A stretch of DNA of 64,000 nt, taken from NCBI GenBank assembly GCA_905178155.1, contig CAJINV010000005.1:5002256-5066255 (forward strand). Direction: 5' to 3'. This document shows, one piece after another, positions 1-12,200 of this stretch. Position numbers and translations under genes: made by a program. Below the pieces are notes generated by a model, which was not told the DNA's origin, searched no databases, and worked only from the letters and a program-made list of their open reading frames with translations. The stretch is from Amoebophrya sp. A120 (lineage: Eukaryota; Protista; Dinoflagellata). Numbering within the stretch: the first letter of the stretch is position 1; each line of letters starts with the position of its first letter.

Positions 1-3
1 TCA

Positions 4-226
4 TATGAGAGTGCACAACTCCCCCTCCTCCTCATTTGTCATGCAAAATCCCAAATCCATATCCAGCTGCTGCCTTGTAGCACTGTTTGCATGACAAATT
101 CTGGAAGCCCAAACAGTACTACACTGGGCACATAGATTTGTCATGCATAGGCTCCATGTGCGCTGGTGTTTGTATTGCTGTTCATGCCATACAAATGGGG
201 GCGAGGGGGAGTTGGGCACTGTCATA
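4..226. mobile_element. Introner 1, family B
   Basis: TIR tatgagagtgcacaactcccc...ggggagttgggcactgtcata; DR (..)tca/cctca, left copy cut by the window edge. Confidence 0.85.
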
Positions 227-3200
227 CCTCACCGGAGCGTCCCACAACGAGATTGGGCGGATCCAGAGTCTGTTCGTCCCGATGGTGGTTATGAAAGTGC
301 ACAACTCCCCCTCCCCCTCATTTGTCATGCAAAATGCCTAAGTTACGCCGGGGTTCTTGGCAATGTTTGCATGACAAGTTCTAGCAGCCCAAATAGCACT
401 ACAATCCTGCCCAAACTTGTCATGCAAAACCGGTAATCTTGCTGATGCTTGTATTGTTGTTCATGCAATACAAATGAGGGGGAGGGGGAGTTGTGCACTT
501 TCATGGTGGTGAAGGGAAAAACGGAAGACGCGGCAAGTGATGGCCTCGCGAAGCAGTTTTTACTGAAGATTGGGGAGAATCTGGCGGATGAGCTGCAGAT
601 CACAGACAGTGCGAAATATCCTCAGACCTTCACCGCTGACTTCGCCGATCCGGTCGCCCAGTCGATCGCGAAGATTGAGTTACAAAACGCTTTACCACCA
701 CCCCCACACGACGCCGAAAAATGCGGCTACGACCCGAACCCCTCGATTCTTCCGGGCAAGTGGTTCCTCTACATGTACAAGCACGGACAGAATAAAGCGG
801 CCAACGGCTGGAATGACATGCGGTTTGGGAAAAACGTTAATGGGTTAAATTCCCTCTGCCCGCACCCGACAAGTGGGAATGCGAAAATGTCGGAAGCGTT
901 ATTCGACGCGTCCTGCTTCACGGAGCTCCTCGCGGTCGGTGGCACCGGCGCGTGGGCGAAAATCTGGCGCAAGGACGGGGCTTGTATCCCCGCGAAAGAC
1001 GCGTTTGGCGAGGGAGAGAAGCGGACGAACGGCTTCTACAGCATTGAGTTTTCCACGGGCTACAAGGGCGACGCGATTGTGAAGAACTTGTACCACGGAC
1101 CCTTGTTCAATGACATCAATACGGGCTCCATGTGGATGTGGCGTTGCAACAGCAAGAACGCCGACGGAAGCAGCTGCGCGCAGTACGACAGTGGCAGTGT
1201 GCTTGGGAGCCAATACGACAACAGCCCGGGTTCCTGGGGCACGCTGTTGACTTCCCTCCCCGGGCGGTATGCCCCGGGGGGCGAAAAGGGGAGAGGGACT
1301 GACGGGTATAGCTGGTCCTGGTACGGAAAGCAAACGACGGTCGCGCAAAGTCTCGATGAACCCACGACGGCCACAACGACCACGACGTTGTTCAAGAAGG
1401 TGAAGAGAGTGCTGGATGGCTGTGTCGCGGCCTATGACTTCGAGGAAGATGCCGCGGCGCATCCGGGAACAGATGCGGCGGTGTACAAGTCGACAGGTAT
1501 TTCCTCCTCCGGCGTCCCGACCGTCGCGCAACCGCTTGTGTGCGCGGGGAACCAGAAGAACAGTAAGGAGACCCTGAAAACGAGGGTGGGCACCGGCGGA
1601 GAGTACAAATCGTTGCTCTTCACCCGGTATTTACAGGAGGGCGGGTACTGCAGCGGCCCGGCCTTTGACATGCCACAGGATGACGAGAGCCGGACCGTGG
1701 TAGTTTGGTTCAAGCCGAAGATCGGGCCCGCGTATCACACCCCGGTTGGGAACGAGGAGTCGGCCACGTCCGGGCCGGTGGCCTACGGGAACGGGATTCC
1801 GGGCCAGGGTTGCAATTCCCACTTCGCGTTGTGGATCAGCGGGTTTGGGGGGAATTTGTACTTTGGACTAAACTGCCAGGACCCGGGTAATGCGAAGGAC
1901 GGGAACACGGGGTTTAACCCGGTGAAAACCAACCTCCCGGAGAGCTGGATCCACGTGGCGTTCAGCTACAATAAGAGCACCAACAAGTTCAAGCACTGGT
2001 ATAATGGCGGTTCTATGAAGGAAAAAACCGCCAGTATGCCCCCGCACACGCGAACGTGGAACTTCGGGAAAAATTGCATCGGTGCGGGCATCCAAACCTG
2101 CTTCACTGACTTGCAACGCGCAGACGGGTCTTTTCTTTCAACCAGCAAGGCCTTTTTCGCCGGCGAGATCGCGTCTTTCCACATCTACGACCGGGAATTG
2201 TCCGAAACCGAAATCAACTGGGTCAAGTCCCACACCGGGCCGGGTGGGGCGCCGGAGTACATCTTCTCGTCCGGGTTGGAAGCAACCAGAGGTCTCGTAT
2301 TGTGAGGAAAAATCCCCCCTCCCCATATCGAAAGCGAAATTTGTGTTGCTGTATTTGAGTACACAAATCGCATTTGTCTTGCTGGAGAGGACTGCGGACC
2401 CATATCAAGCCTGAGTAGAGAGGCTTTGACTTAGGCGCTTAGCATGAAAAGCCTCCGTGATGTTGGCTCAACAGCATGACAAACCGCCTCCATAATGGGG
2501 CGGAAGCTGCTGCCCTTGTCTTCTTGCAACACAAACGTGATTTGTGACCTCAAATCAGCAACACAAATTTTCGAAAACCTACCGCTTCAATATGGGGAGG
2601 GGGGATTTTTCCTTGCGATATCTCGCGGGGTTGGGGAGGTTCCCCATGGAGCAGCTGCTGGGAAATTCCGAGCTGTATGCAATGCAAAAGCATCGTACTA
2701 GTATAAATTGCATTACAAATTGGCCCAGCACTACAAATCGAATTTGTAATGCTGATTTACCTTGAGAAAGAGATTTGTAATGCATAAATGCAATTACTAC
2801 GAGTACGATACTTTTGGACAGGATAAGCTGATCGCTTCGACGATAACGACATCGACGACAGCTGGTACTACAACTTCCGCCACCTCCGGCTACTGCGACT
2901 TCCACGAGAAATGCACGGACGTTAACAGCAAGTTCCACTGCTTTGAACGCGTCCAGCCTATGGGAGACACGAAGCACCCTGGATTTACGAACACCCCGCA
3001 GAACGTTTTGGACTATGAGAGTACTGGTACTATCCCGCCAACCTACGGCTTCGAGATGACGTTTGCAAATTACGGGAAGATGAAAGGAATCTGCGGACAA
3101 TACATCAACGGCGTGGAGAATTATTTGCCCGATCTGAGGGGCAAACTCACGGGGAACAAGTTTGATTGTATGAACATCTGCAGAAACATGGGCGACATCT

Positions 3201-6200
3201 GCCGCGGCACCACCGGCCACAAATACGGGAACGGGAACGACGGGACAGAGTCTGATGGAAAAGTGTTCTGCGAGTTGGAGCTTCAAACCTGCGACGTGCC
3301 GGCGGAAGTACTCGCAAAAGTTCCAGCGGAATTGCACGAATTGAATTGCAATCCGAATGTCCCCGACCGGAAACACGACATCTACCATGTGAGATCCAGT
3401 GGCAACCAGCCGGAGTGCTGGCGGAAGGTAATCTACCAAGCAGGGCCGAATTCCGCTTTGAATTCCTACGAGTTCCCGTTTGAGGATTTCGTGACGAAGA
3501 GCTACAGCACCGACGTAAAGTACTATGCACTGCAAATACGTCTGGGTCTGGAAAGCTGGCCTTTGTAATGCATATCTTGCATTCCTGAAAATAAAATCTG
3601 TGTTGCACGAGCGGCAAAAGAGCAGCTTGCTTTGTCATGCAGAGATGCAATTTGTAATGCGTGCTAGAGATCAGAAAGCGTTCAAAAAACCAGTCATGCT
3701 TGGCTGCCATTGCAATCGTTTCACTCATGCGCGTTTCAGCATCACAGGTTTCCAGACCCAGACGTTTTTGCAGTTGATAAGCACACGCGTGACACCATTC
3801 CGAAATCCAACCCGTCCTGGGCGTGGAAGGACTCGCTGGGGTTCAGCGAAGAGTATAAGAAAATCGCGAAAACCGCACCTATATGCTCTGCAAAAGTATC
3901 GTACTCGTACTAATTGCAATCATGCATGGCAAATCTTGTTTCTTAGCCAAATCAGCATTACAAAGAACTCCATTTTTCCTTCTGAAAAAACTTGTATTGC
4001 AATTTACACTACGTACGATGCTTTTGCAATGCATACACTAAATCCTCCTTCGATTGCACCCGGGACGCGATCTTGGTGTACAGCCAGAACACCGATTTCG
4101 CCAACAGTAAGGTGACGCAAAAGGCCTGTCTGCAGCTCTGCACGGAGTTTGGAAAGGGGCTGTGTGCGGGAGCGGTCCACTTTTATGATGAGACAGCAGA
4201 AAAATCAAAGTGTTTCCTTATAAAACAGTCTAAATCCGATGTTCTTCTCGGCGCGACGCTCCATTCCGTCGGGAAAAGCGCTTTGGGTTCCTACTGCGAG
4301 GACAACGGGACACATCGGTGCTTCTTCCGGGATGTGAACACCGATTTTGCGCTGGATGCGCCCAACGGGATTAGCAACATCTTTCTCCCGATCTTGAACA
4401 GTGAAAGTACTACGGAAGAGCAGTTTTTGACAAAATTGCTCCCAGTAGCGACTGATGCGACTTTACTACAACAATCCTACCCGTCGAACCACGTGGAGTA
4501 CTTCTACCAGCACTTGGGTCACGGGAAATGCGTGTATCAAATGCAAAAATGTCTGGGTCTGGAAAGTTGCAAGATTTGTGATGCATCTCGCGGACCACAC
4601 TCATGGTCTGTAATGCAGACAGAAGCATCACAGACTTTTTGAGACCTTCCTCATGCCTCTTCCGCATGAGAAATTCGCCTTTTGCCTAGCGAGAATTGGG
4701 TAACTGTTGGCGTTCATGCAGCACAGATTTTCTCGCGATCCAGATTTCGCATGACAGGCTTCATTCTTCCAGACCCAGACATATTTGCAATGCATAGCGT
4801 GCACACGCAGAACAAACGGGAAAACTTGTCCAAACTAACGCGAACTTTCGTCGCCGGGAAAGACTCGGTAGATGGGAAAATCACGAAGGAATTAGCGGAG
4901 GATATGACCCGCTCAGACGTTACAATCTCAAACGTTACATCAATAGAATATGGGAATCTGTGATGCAAGAGTGCATGATCTAGCCAACTCTCATACGATT
5001 GCGCATGACAAGTTCCGGAGCCCCAAACCCACCTGAAATCCGGCAAGATTTGTATTGCGAAAAGCCCAATTCTCTCTGCGTTCCTCATGCTCTTCATGCA
5101 AATAGAATTTCCGGATTCTATTGTAACGTTTGAGATTGTAACGTTTGAGCAGGCCATAGAAGAGTGCTTCTATGAACTGCAAAAGTATCGTATTCGTATA
5201 AATGCATGACAAACCTCCTCAGCATGAGAAATGAAATTTGTAATGCGAATCTACCTTAAGAAAAAGATTTGTAATGCGTGACTGCAATACGAGTACGATA
5301 CTTTTGCACAGGATAGCTTCAACTTCTGCGACATTCTCGCGCTGAGGAACAACCTATGCATTGCAAAAGTATCGCAGTCTGGAAAAGTGGAACTTGTGTT
5401 GCATGTCTTGCATTCCTGAAAAATCTGTATTGCACAGCCACGAAGAAAGGCGCCGCTTTTTCGTCCTGCAAAAACGCAGTTTGTCATGCGTGCTACGCAT
5501 CAGACGGCGTCAAGTATACTTGTCATGCTTGGCTGCGCTTGGGAGCGCCAGCAGTCTTTTATCCATACTGTAGCATCACAGGTTTCCAGACATCCAGGGA
5601 TATTTGCATTTGATACAACCCGTTCAAACACACGACTGACGCCACTCTTCACGAGCTCGTCGGGAAGGGGAGTTTATGGAATGCAAAAATGTCTGGGTCT
5701 GGAAGAGTGCAAACTTGTGATGCTGCGTTTGGATTCCAAAAAAATGTGTATTGCATGAGCAGCAATAAAGGGAAGGCAATTTTTGCTATGCGGAGAGGGC
5801 ATTTGTCATGCGGACTAGGCATCAAGAAGCCCTCACAAAATCTGTGATGCTGGGGCATGCATCACTGACGTCATGGCTCACGCAAAACGTGCATGACAAG
5901 CTTCAGAATCTTCCAGACCCAGACATTTTTGCAATGCATACAGTTACATCGGCCACGAGCTGTGCAAGGGCGTGGAATATCAAATGCAAAAATGTCTGGG
6001 TCTGGAAGGACAAGGATGCGAACTTGTGATGCATACTTGGAGGACACAAAAATCTGTCATGCTTGACAGCAAAGGGAGCTCCTTTTCCTGTCGCCGAAAG
6101 AAGGCGTTTGTCATGCCGATTAAGCATTGGAAAGCCGTCTCAAAATAACCTGTGATGCTAGGGCTTGCATGGCACACCTTCTGTGTTACGCAGACACAGC

Positions 6201-9200
6201 ATCACAAACTTCAGCAATCTTCCAGACCCAGACACTTTTGCAATGTATATGGAATTTACAGGGACTTCTTGTAGTTTGATTGTCGATATGGATTGTAAAA
6301 ATATCTGGGTCTGGAAGGTTGGAACTTGTAATGCTAGCTTTCCATACCTAGACAATCTGTATTGCATAACCAACAAAAGTCGCAGCCTCTTTTGTCATGC
6401 AAAAACGCAGTTTGATTGTCATGCGGATTGCCTATGAGAAAGCGTTTTGGGAAGTTGTCATGCTGGGCTGCATTCGGAAGCGTTTTCATCATGGACATAT
6501 TAGCATCACAAGTTTCCAGACCCAGACATTTTTGCATTTGATTGTGGACCGCATGGATTACAAGACGATGCTCAACTACTACTTCAAGCAGGACGACTAT
6601 GGAGGCGTCAGGATTGAAATCGGCAAAGTTGAAATAATTTCTCACGCGTAAATTGCAAGGCATGAAGTGCCTCTCTTGCAGGGGCGGCAGGTGAGGCCGA
6701 CCGTCAGCCTGTTTGGGATCTGCGGCAGAGCTGCTCAAGTAGCATGACAAAAGACGCCTTCTGTCATTAAACAGCATGACAAACTGGATTTAGACGGTGT
6801 CGATATTTGTCATGCGCCGCTTGAAAATTTGGCTTCCAACTGGTATCGATTTTCTGCAGTGCAAGTTACTTCAACTTTGTCGATTGCAAATCTGACACTC
6901 CCATAACGACATTGCGACTTCCACCGTCACAATCACCTCCACGGTACGGCCGAACTACCCACCAGATTTCTACTACGGGGTCTACAGCTTCGGGGACGAT
7001 TTCCAGTACAAGATGGAGTTCGGGTACGATTCGATCGAAGCGCCGAATCAGGCGGACAACGCGCATTTAGCCTCCTGTACCGGAGATGGTTGTAAACAAT
7101 CCTGTTTCGCCAAGCAGTACAAGTCTTCATTCGAGCGCGGCTACACTTCAAAGCATCCGGATTACGTATCAATTGCAAAAATGTCTGGGTCTGGAAGATT
7201 GCAAGTGTGTCATGCTTGTCTGGCATGAGTCGAGAATCTGTGTTGCATAGACACCGAAAGGCCCTCTTACCTGTCATGCAAAAACGCAGGTTGCCATGCG
7301 GAATACGTAAGACATAGGAGCCAAAAAATTTGTCATGCGTAGCTGCGTATAATTGCAGTGCTTCTACCATTCACTTTTAGCATCACAAGTTTCCAGACCC
7401 AGACATATTTGCAATCCATATTGCGGCATGATCCACCACACGTATAACCCGAATGGTATGAAATGCAAAAGCATCGTACTAGTACAAATCGCATTACAAA
7501 TGTGCTCAGCATTAGAAATGGAATTTGTAATGCGTATTTGAATTGATAAAAAAATTTGTGTTGCATGACTGCAATTACTACGAGTACGATGCTTTTGCAC
7601 AGGATAAATGGTGGCAGTCTGCAAGATTATGTGGACATGAACTCGGACCACCGTGTATCCTGAGCAAAAACGTCCCCACCCCAGAGTTGTAATGCAAATC
7701 TGCATGCTCAGAATGTTTCTCATGCGGAGTTCCATGAGAAGCAATTTCTAGTCGTGTTCTGCAATTTGCCATGCTCGAATGTGCATGATATACTAGATCT
7801 GTTACGCTGCTGAGCTAGCTGAAACAGCACTACGCTACGACTCCAAATTTGTCATGCAAAACAGCCAAAACTTGTGGATTTGTCTAGCCGGTTCCCCATC
7901 TTGACTATGGGGTGGGGACGCTTTTACATAGGATACCGCCACTACGACTGGAGTTGGCGGCGCCACCCGAAGGTGGCGGCGCTGTACGACAAGGAGGACG
8001 GCGACAATACCAACGCGAATAATTATGACGCGAATCCATCGTCGGAAGATGATAAGGGGTGCTTACTACCCGCAGGTCGGTTCGACGGGGTCGCGGGGCA
8101 CAAGAACGCACTGCTCGCGGCGGACAACGTGCACTGCCCGGGGGAGAACAAGGTTTCCATGGTGCAACTCGCGAAGGGCTGCACGGTGGATCTTTGCCCC
8201 ACCTCCCCCACCCCGACGGACACGAGTAAATCACATTGCTTCCGCGTCGGCCCCGGGCCGGGCGTGTTTAAGGCGAGTGACGGGCATTTCGATTCGGACA
8301 CCATGTACGAAGCGCATGTGTATTGTCACATTAACAATCCGGAAGGGATATCAAATGCAAAAATGTCTGGGTCTGGAAGATTCCTACATTTGTCATGCGT
8401 GTCTGACATGACTCAATAATCTGTGATGCATGGGCACGAAGCGGTCCTCTTTTCTGTCATGCAAGCGCGCAGTTTGCCATGCGGAACACGCAACACGTAG
8501 GAGCCCAAAAAATTTGTCATGCTTGGCTCCGTATTGCAGTGGAACTCTCGTTCACTTGTAGCATCACAAGTTTCCAGACCCAGACATTTTTACATTTGAT
8601 AAGGGACGATGAGTTCTTTTGCGGACAATGCGGACGGTTCTGGGGCGAAGTGCTCCCTCCCAATTGGGCGGTACGGGAACAGCTGGGTCAGCACGTGCCA
8701 CCCAAACAAAATCCTGACGGGAGACATCCACGTTGGATCAGATCCTCTACACGGACCGTGTCCGGTGAATGATAAAGTTTCCCAAATTATCATGTGTAAA
8801 AACGTCCCCGCACCAGAGTCAAGATGGTAAATCTGCTACACAAATCAGCCAGCTCTGGCTGTTTCGCATGACAAGTTTGTCCTTGTAGCGGAATCCTGTT
8901 TAGGTAGTTCAGCAGCATCACAGACCTAGCTTATCATGCTGGTTATAGCATCACAAATCCCAAGACACGACTAGAAAACGCCTCTCATGGGGCTCAGCAT
9001 GAGAAACTTTTTTGGCATGCAGATTTGCATGACAACTCTGGGGTGGGGGCGTTTTTGCTGAGGATACAGATCGTGGTGAAAGCCGGCTGTGCCGCGCACG
9101 TGTTCCAGCACTGCGACGGGATCTCGGGAAATTCTATCGCGAGGAGAAATCCCCTCTCCCCATATTGACAAGGTACGTTTTCGAAAATTTGTGTTGCTGA

Positions 9201-12200
9201 TTTGTGACCACAAATCGTCTCTGTGTTGCATGAAGACAACCCCACAGACAGAAGACAACCCCACAGACAGCCGCCGCATTCTACAGGCGGTCTGTCATGC
9301 TGTTGCTCCTACAGCGTAGACGTCTGGCATGCTAAGCGCCTAGGCCAAAACCGGTCTACTCAGGCTTGATATGGGCCTGCAGTCCTCGTCGGCAAGACGG
9401 AGCTGATTTGTGTACTACACAAATCCAGCATCAGAAACCTCGTTTTGATATGGGGAGGGGGGATTTTTCATTCTGATAAATTCCAATCCGGCCGTGGACA
9501 ACGCAGCGGTTTGGTACATTAAGGGAAACCAGAACACCCCGGCCACGTTCACCGGGTCCCCCGGGACGGAGAACATTGCGATGCGGGCCTTACGCACTGC
9601 AAATACGTGTCTGTGTCTGGATCTGGAAAGGTGCAAACTTGTGATGCTGCTTTTGGAATCAAAACAAAATCTGTATTCCCCGAGTAGAAACATTAGGCCG
9701 CCTCTTTGCATCAACGCGAAGAGGGCAACATTTGTCATGCGGGATAGGCATCCAGAAGCACTCAGAAAATCTGTGATGCTGGGGCAGGCATCACAGACAT
9801 AGTGGGTCATACAAAATGTGCATGACAAGCACCTACTTTCTTCCAGACCCAGGCATTTTTGCAGTTGATAGGCCTTCCGCGACAACGACGCGTCGGACGT
9901 GATGCTGTTCTGTCCGGATGTGCCCCGCGCAAGTGACGTCACGGACAGCTCGAAGCAGGAAGTCGCTGGTGTTTCCTACCAGTTGAAGGGGTCTTTTTCC
10001 CTCTCCGATTGCGGACGGGCTTGTTTAACGCTTGGGAAGGACTGCTTAGGCTATCACCAACAGGTCTACGACAAGACAAACCGGAGGTACACGAATTACA
10101 AAGCGGATCAATTAGCACCCTGTATTTTACGTTTAACCCAGACTTCTATCGAGCCGGAAACGAAACTGCTATCGACCAAGAAAGTCTTCGGAATGCCGGA
10201 CGCCGTGACTAATAGCTGGATCGACTCCGCGTTCGGCGCTATTGACAACAAACTGCAGGAGGAAACGCCGAAACTGTATCCTGAGGAAAAACGTCCCCAC
10301 CCCAGAGTTGTCATGCAAATCGGCATGCTAAAAATGTTTCTCATGCGGAGGCCCACGAGATGCATTTTCCAGTTGTGTTTTGGAATTTGTCATGCTCCAA
10401 TCAGCATCATATACGTAGATGTGTGATGCTGCTGAGCCAGCTCAAACAGCACTACACTACGACATCAAATTTGTCATGCAAAACAGCCAAAACTTGCGCA
10501 CTTGTCTAGCCGAGGCTCCATCTTCACTATGGGGTGGGGACGTTTTCACACAGGATAAACTGCAAATAAAACACAAGCAAAAAGACGCGTCGATCGGGGG
10601 AAGGAAAGAAGCAGTTGCGTATGGGGGCAGTGATATCCTGAGCAAAAATGTCCTCACCCCATAGTCAAGATGCGAAATCTGCTACACAAATCAAGCACCT
10701 TTGGCTGTTTCGCATGACAAGTTTGTCGTCGTGGTGCAGTGGTGCTGTTTGAGGTAGTTCAGCAGCATGACAGATCTAGCGCATCATGTTGATTGGAGCA
10801 TGACAAATTCCAAAACACGACTAGAAAATGCTTCTCGTGGGGCTTTGCATGAGAAACATTTTCATCATGGTGCGCATCTGCATTACAACTCTGGCGTGGG
10901 GAAGTTTTTACTCAGGATAAGTGAAGCCACGGACTTTTTCGACATGTGCTACACGAAAATGGACGGTGAGACACTGATATCAAATGTAAAAATGTCTGGG
11001 TCTGGAAGATTGCCAGGTTTGTCATGCACGTTTTGCATGACGTGTGAGGTCTGTGATGCATGCCCTAGCATCACAGATTTTGTGAGATCTTTACCATGCC
11101 TTTTCCGCATGAGAAACCGCCTCTCGGCCTTCTCAAAAGTGAACAGCTTTATTGGTAATCATGCAACACAGATATTTATATGATTCAGATTTAGCATGAC
11201 AAGTTGTACTCTTCCAGACCCAGACATTTTTGCATTTGATAACTGTCAGCAGCCGAGCAGAAGGAGATCTATTCGCTGACCGGTACATCTGACTACAGTG
11301 TCTACGAGTCGATCGCGCGAAACGGCCCGTGCAGCTACAGCTCGAATGCAGCTGGAATTTGGAAAGCGCGGTTCACCCCGGCTTTTGCCACCCCGTTCCA
11401 GATCCACAGCGACTTTAAGGAATTCTGCTACGGGACGTGTAATAAATTTTCCTCTTGCGCTGGGATTTCGTTCTCCGAGCGGCCGCCCGATGTGCACGGG
11501 AAGTACGGCTGCGATCTGATCTTCGAGGGCCAGCTCCCCCCGGACAGTGAGTTGCCGGTAAGTGATTTCTTCGCGGTGGTGTGGACGAAAGAAGCGAGTT
11601 TGAACTCTTTGTTAATCGATTCCTCCGCCAGTTCCACAGATTCCGTGATCCGGCCGCAAGTCGCTTCCCCGGTGCCGCCGTTGATGACAAGCGGCCAGTG
11701 GTTCTGTGTGGCGAAGAAGACAACAGGTGCAGCAGCAGGTTCATCTCCGCAATACCTCCGCTCGCGCGGTATGCATGCGTTGGGGGCGACCAGGTTCAAG
11801 AAGATCACTAAAGAACCCGCTTCATCCACCGCCGACGCAAGCACTTGCCTTTCGAAATCTTTATTCCACCCGGATCAACTCCCCTCGTCCCCGAAAGCGA
11901 TTGATGTCATTGAGTTGGAGATTCTCGGCAGCGAAATTTCTTTAGACCGCTGCTTGTACACTTGCGAGCTGAAGAAGCACGAAGATCCAACCGTGGGGAA
12001 TTGCAAGGCTGTCGTCTACCGCTCGAGTGATGAGACCTGCGTGCTCGCGTGGTTGTTGAAGAATGCCGGGACCGTGGCGGTCGAAACCTTCACCAAAGCG
12101 ATGCAACAGGCGATTCGGGATCAAGCACCGTTTTCAGTCGGTTTGTCCGCGTTTGTGCGGAGGGCTCCGGAGTTGTTGGTGTCCTTACCCCAGATGAACA

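Noticed and set aside
290-505. G-quadruplex or terminator role for the GGGGGAGGGGGAG tracts
   Set aside because: Only two G-runs per arm, fully explained as the TIR complement of the C-tracts
4535-8601. CRISPR-like recurrence of a ~30-nt repeat
   Set aside because: The repeats are inverted pairs bounding ~250-bp elements with irregular coding spacers, and there are no cas genes
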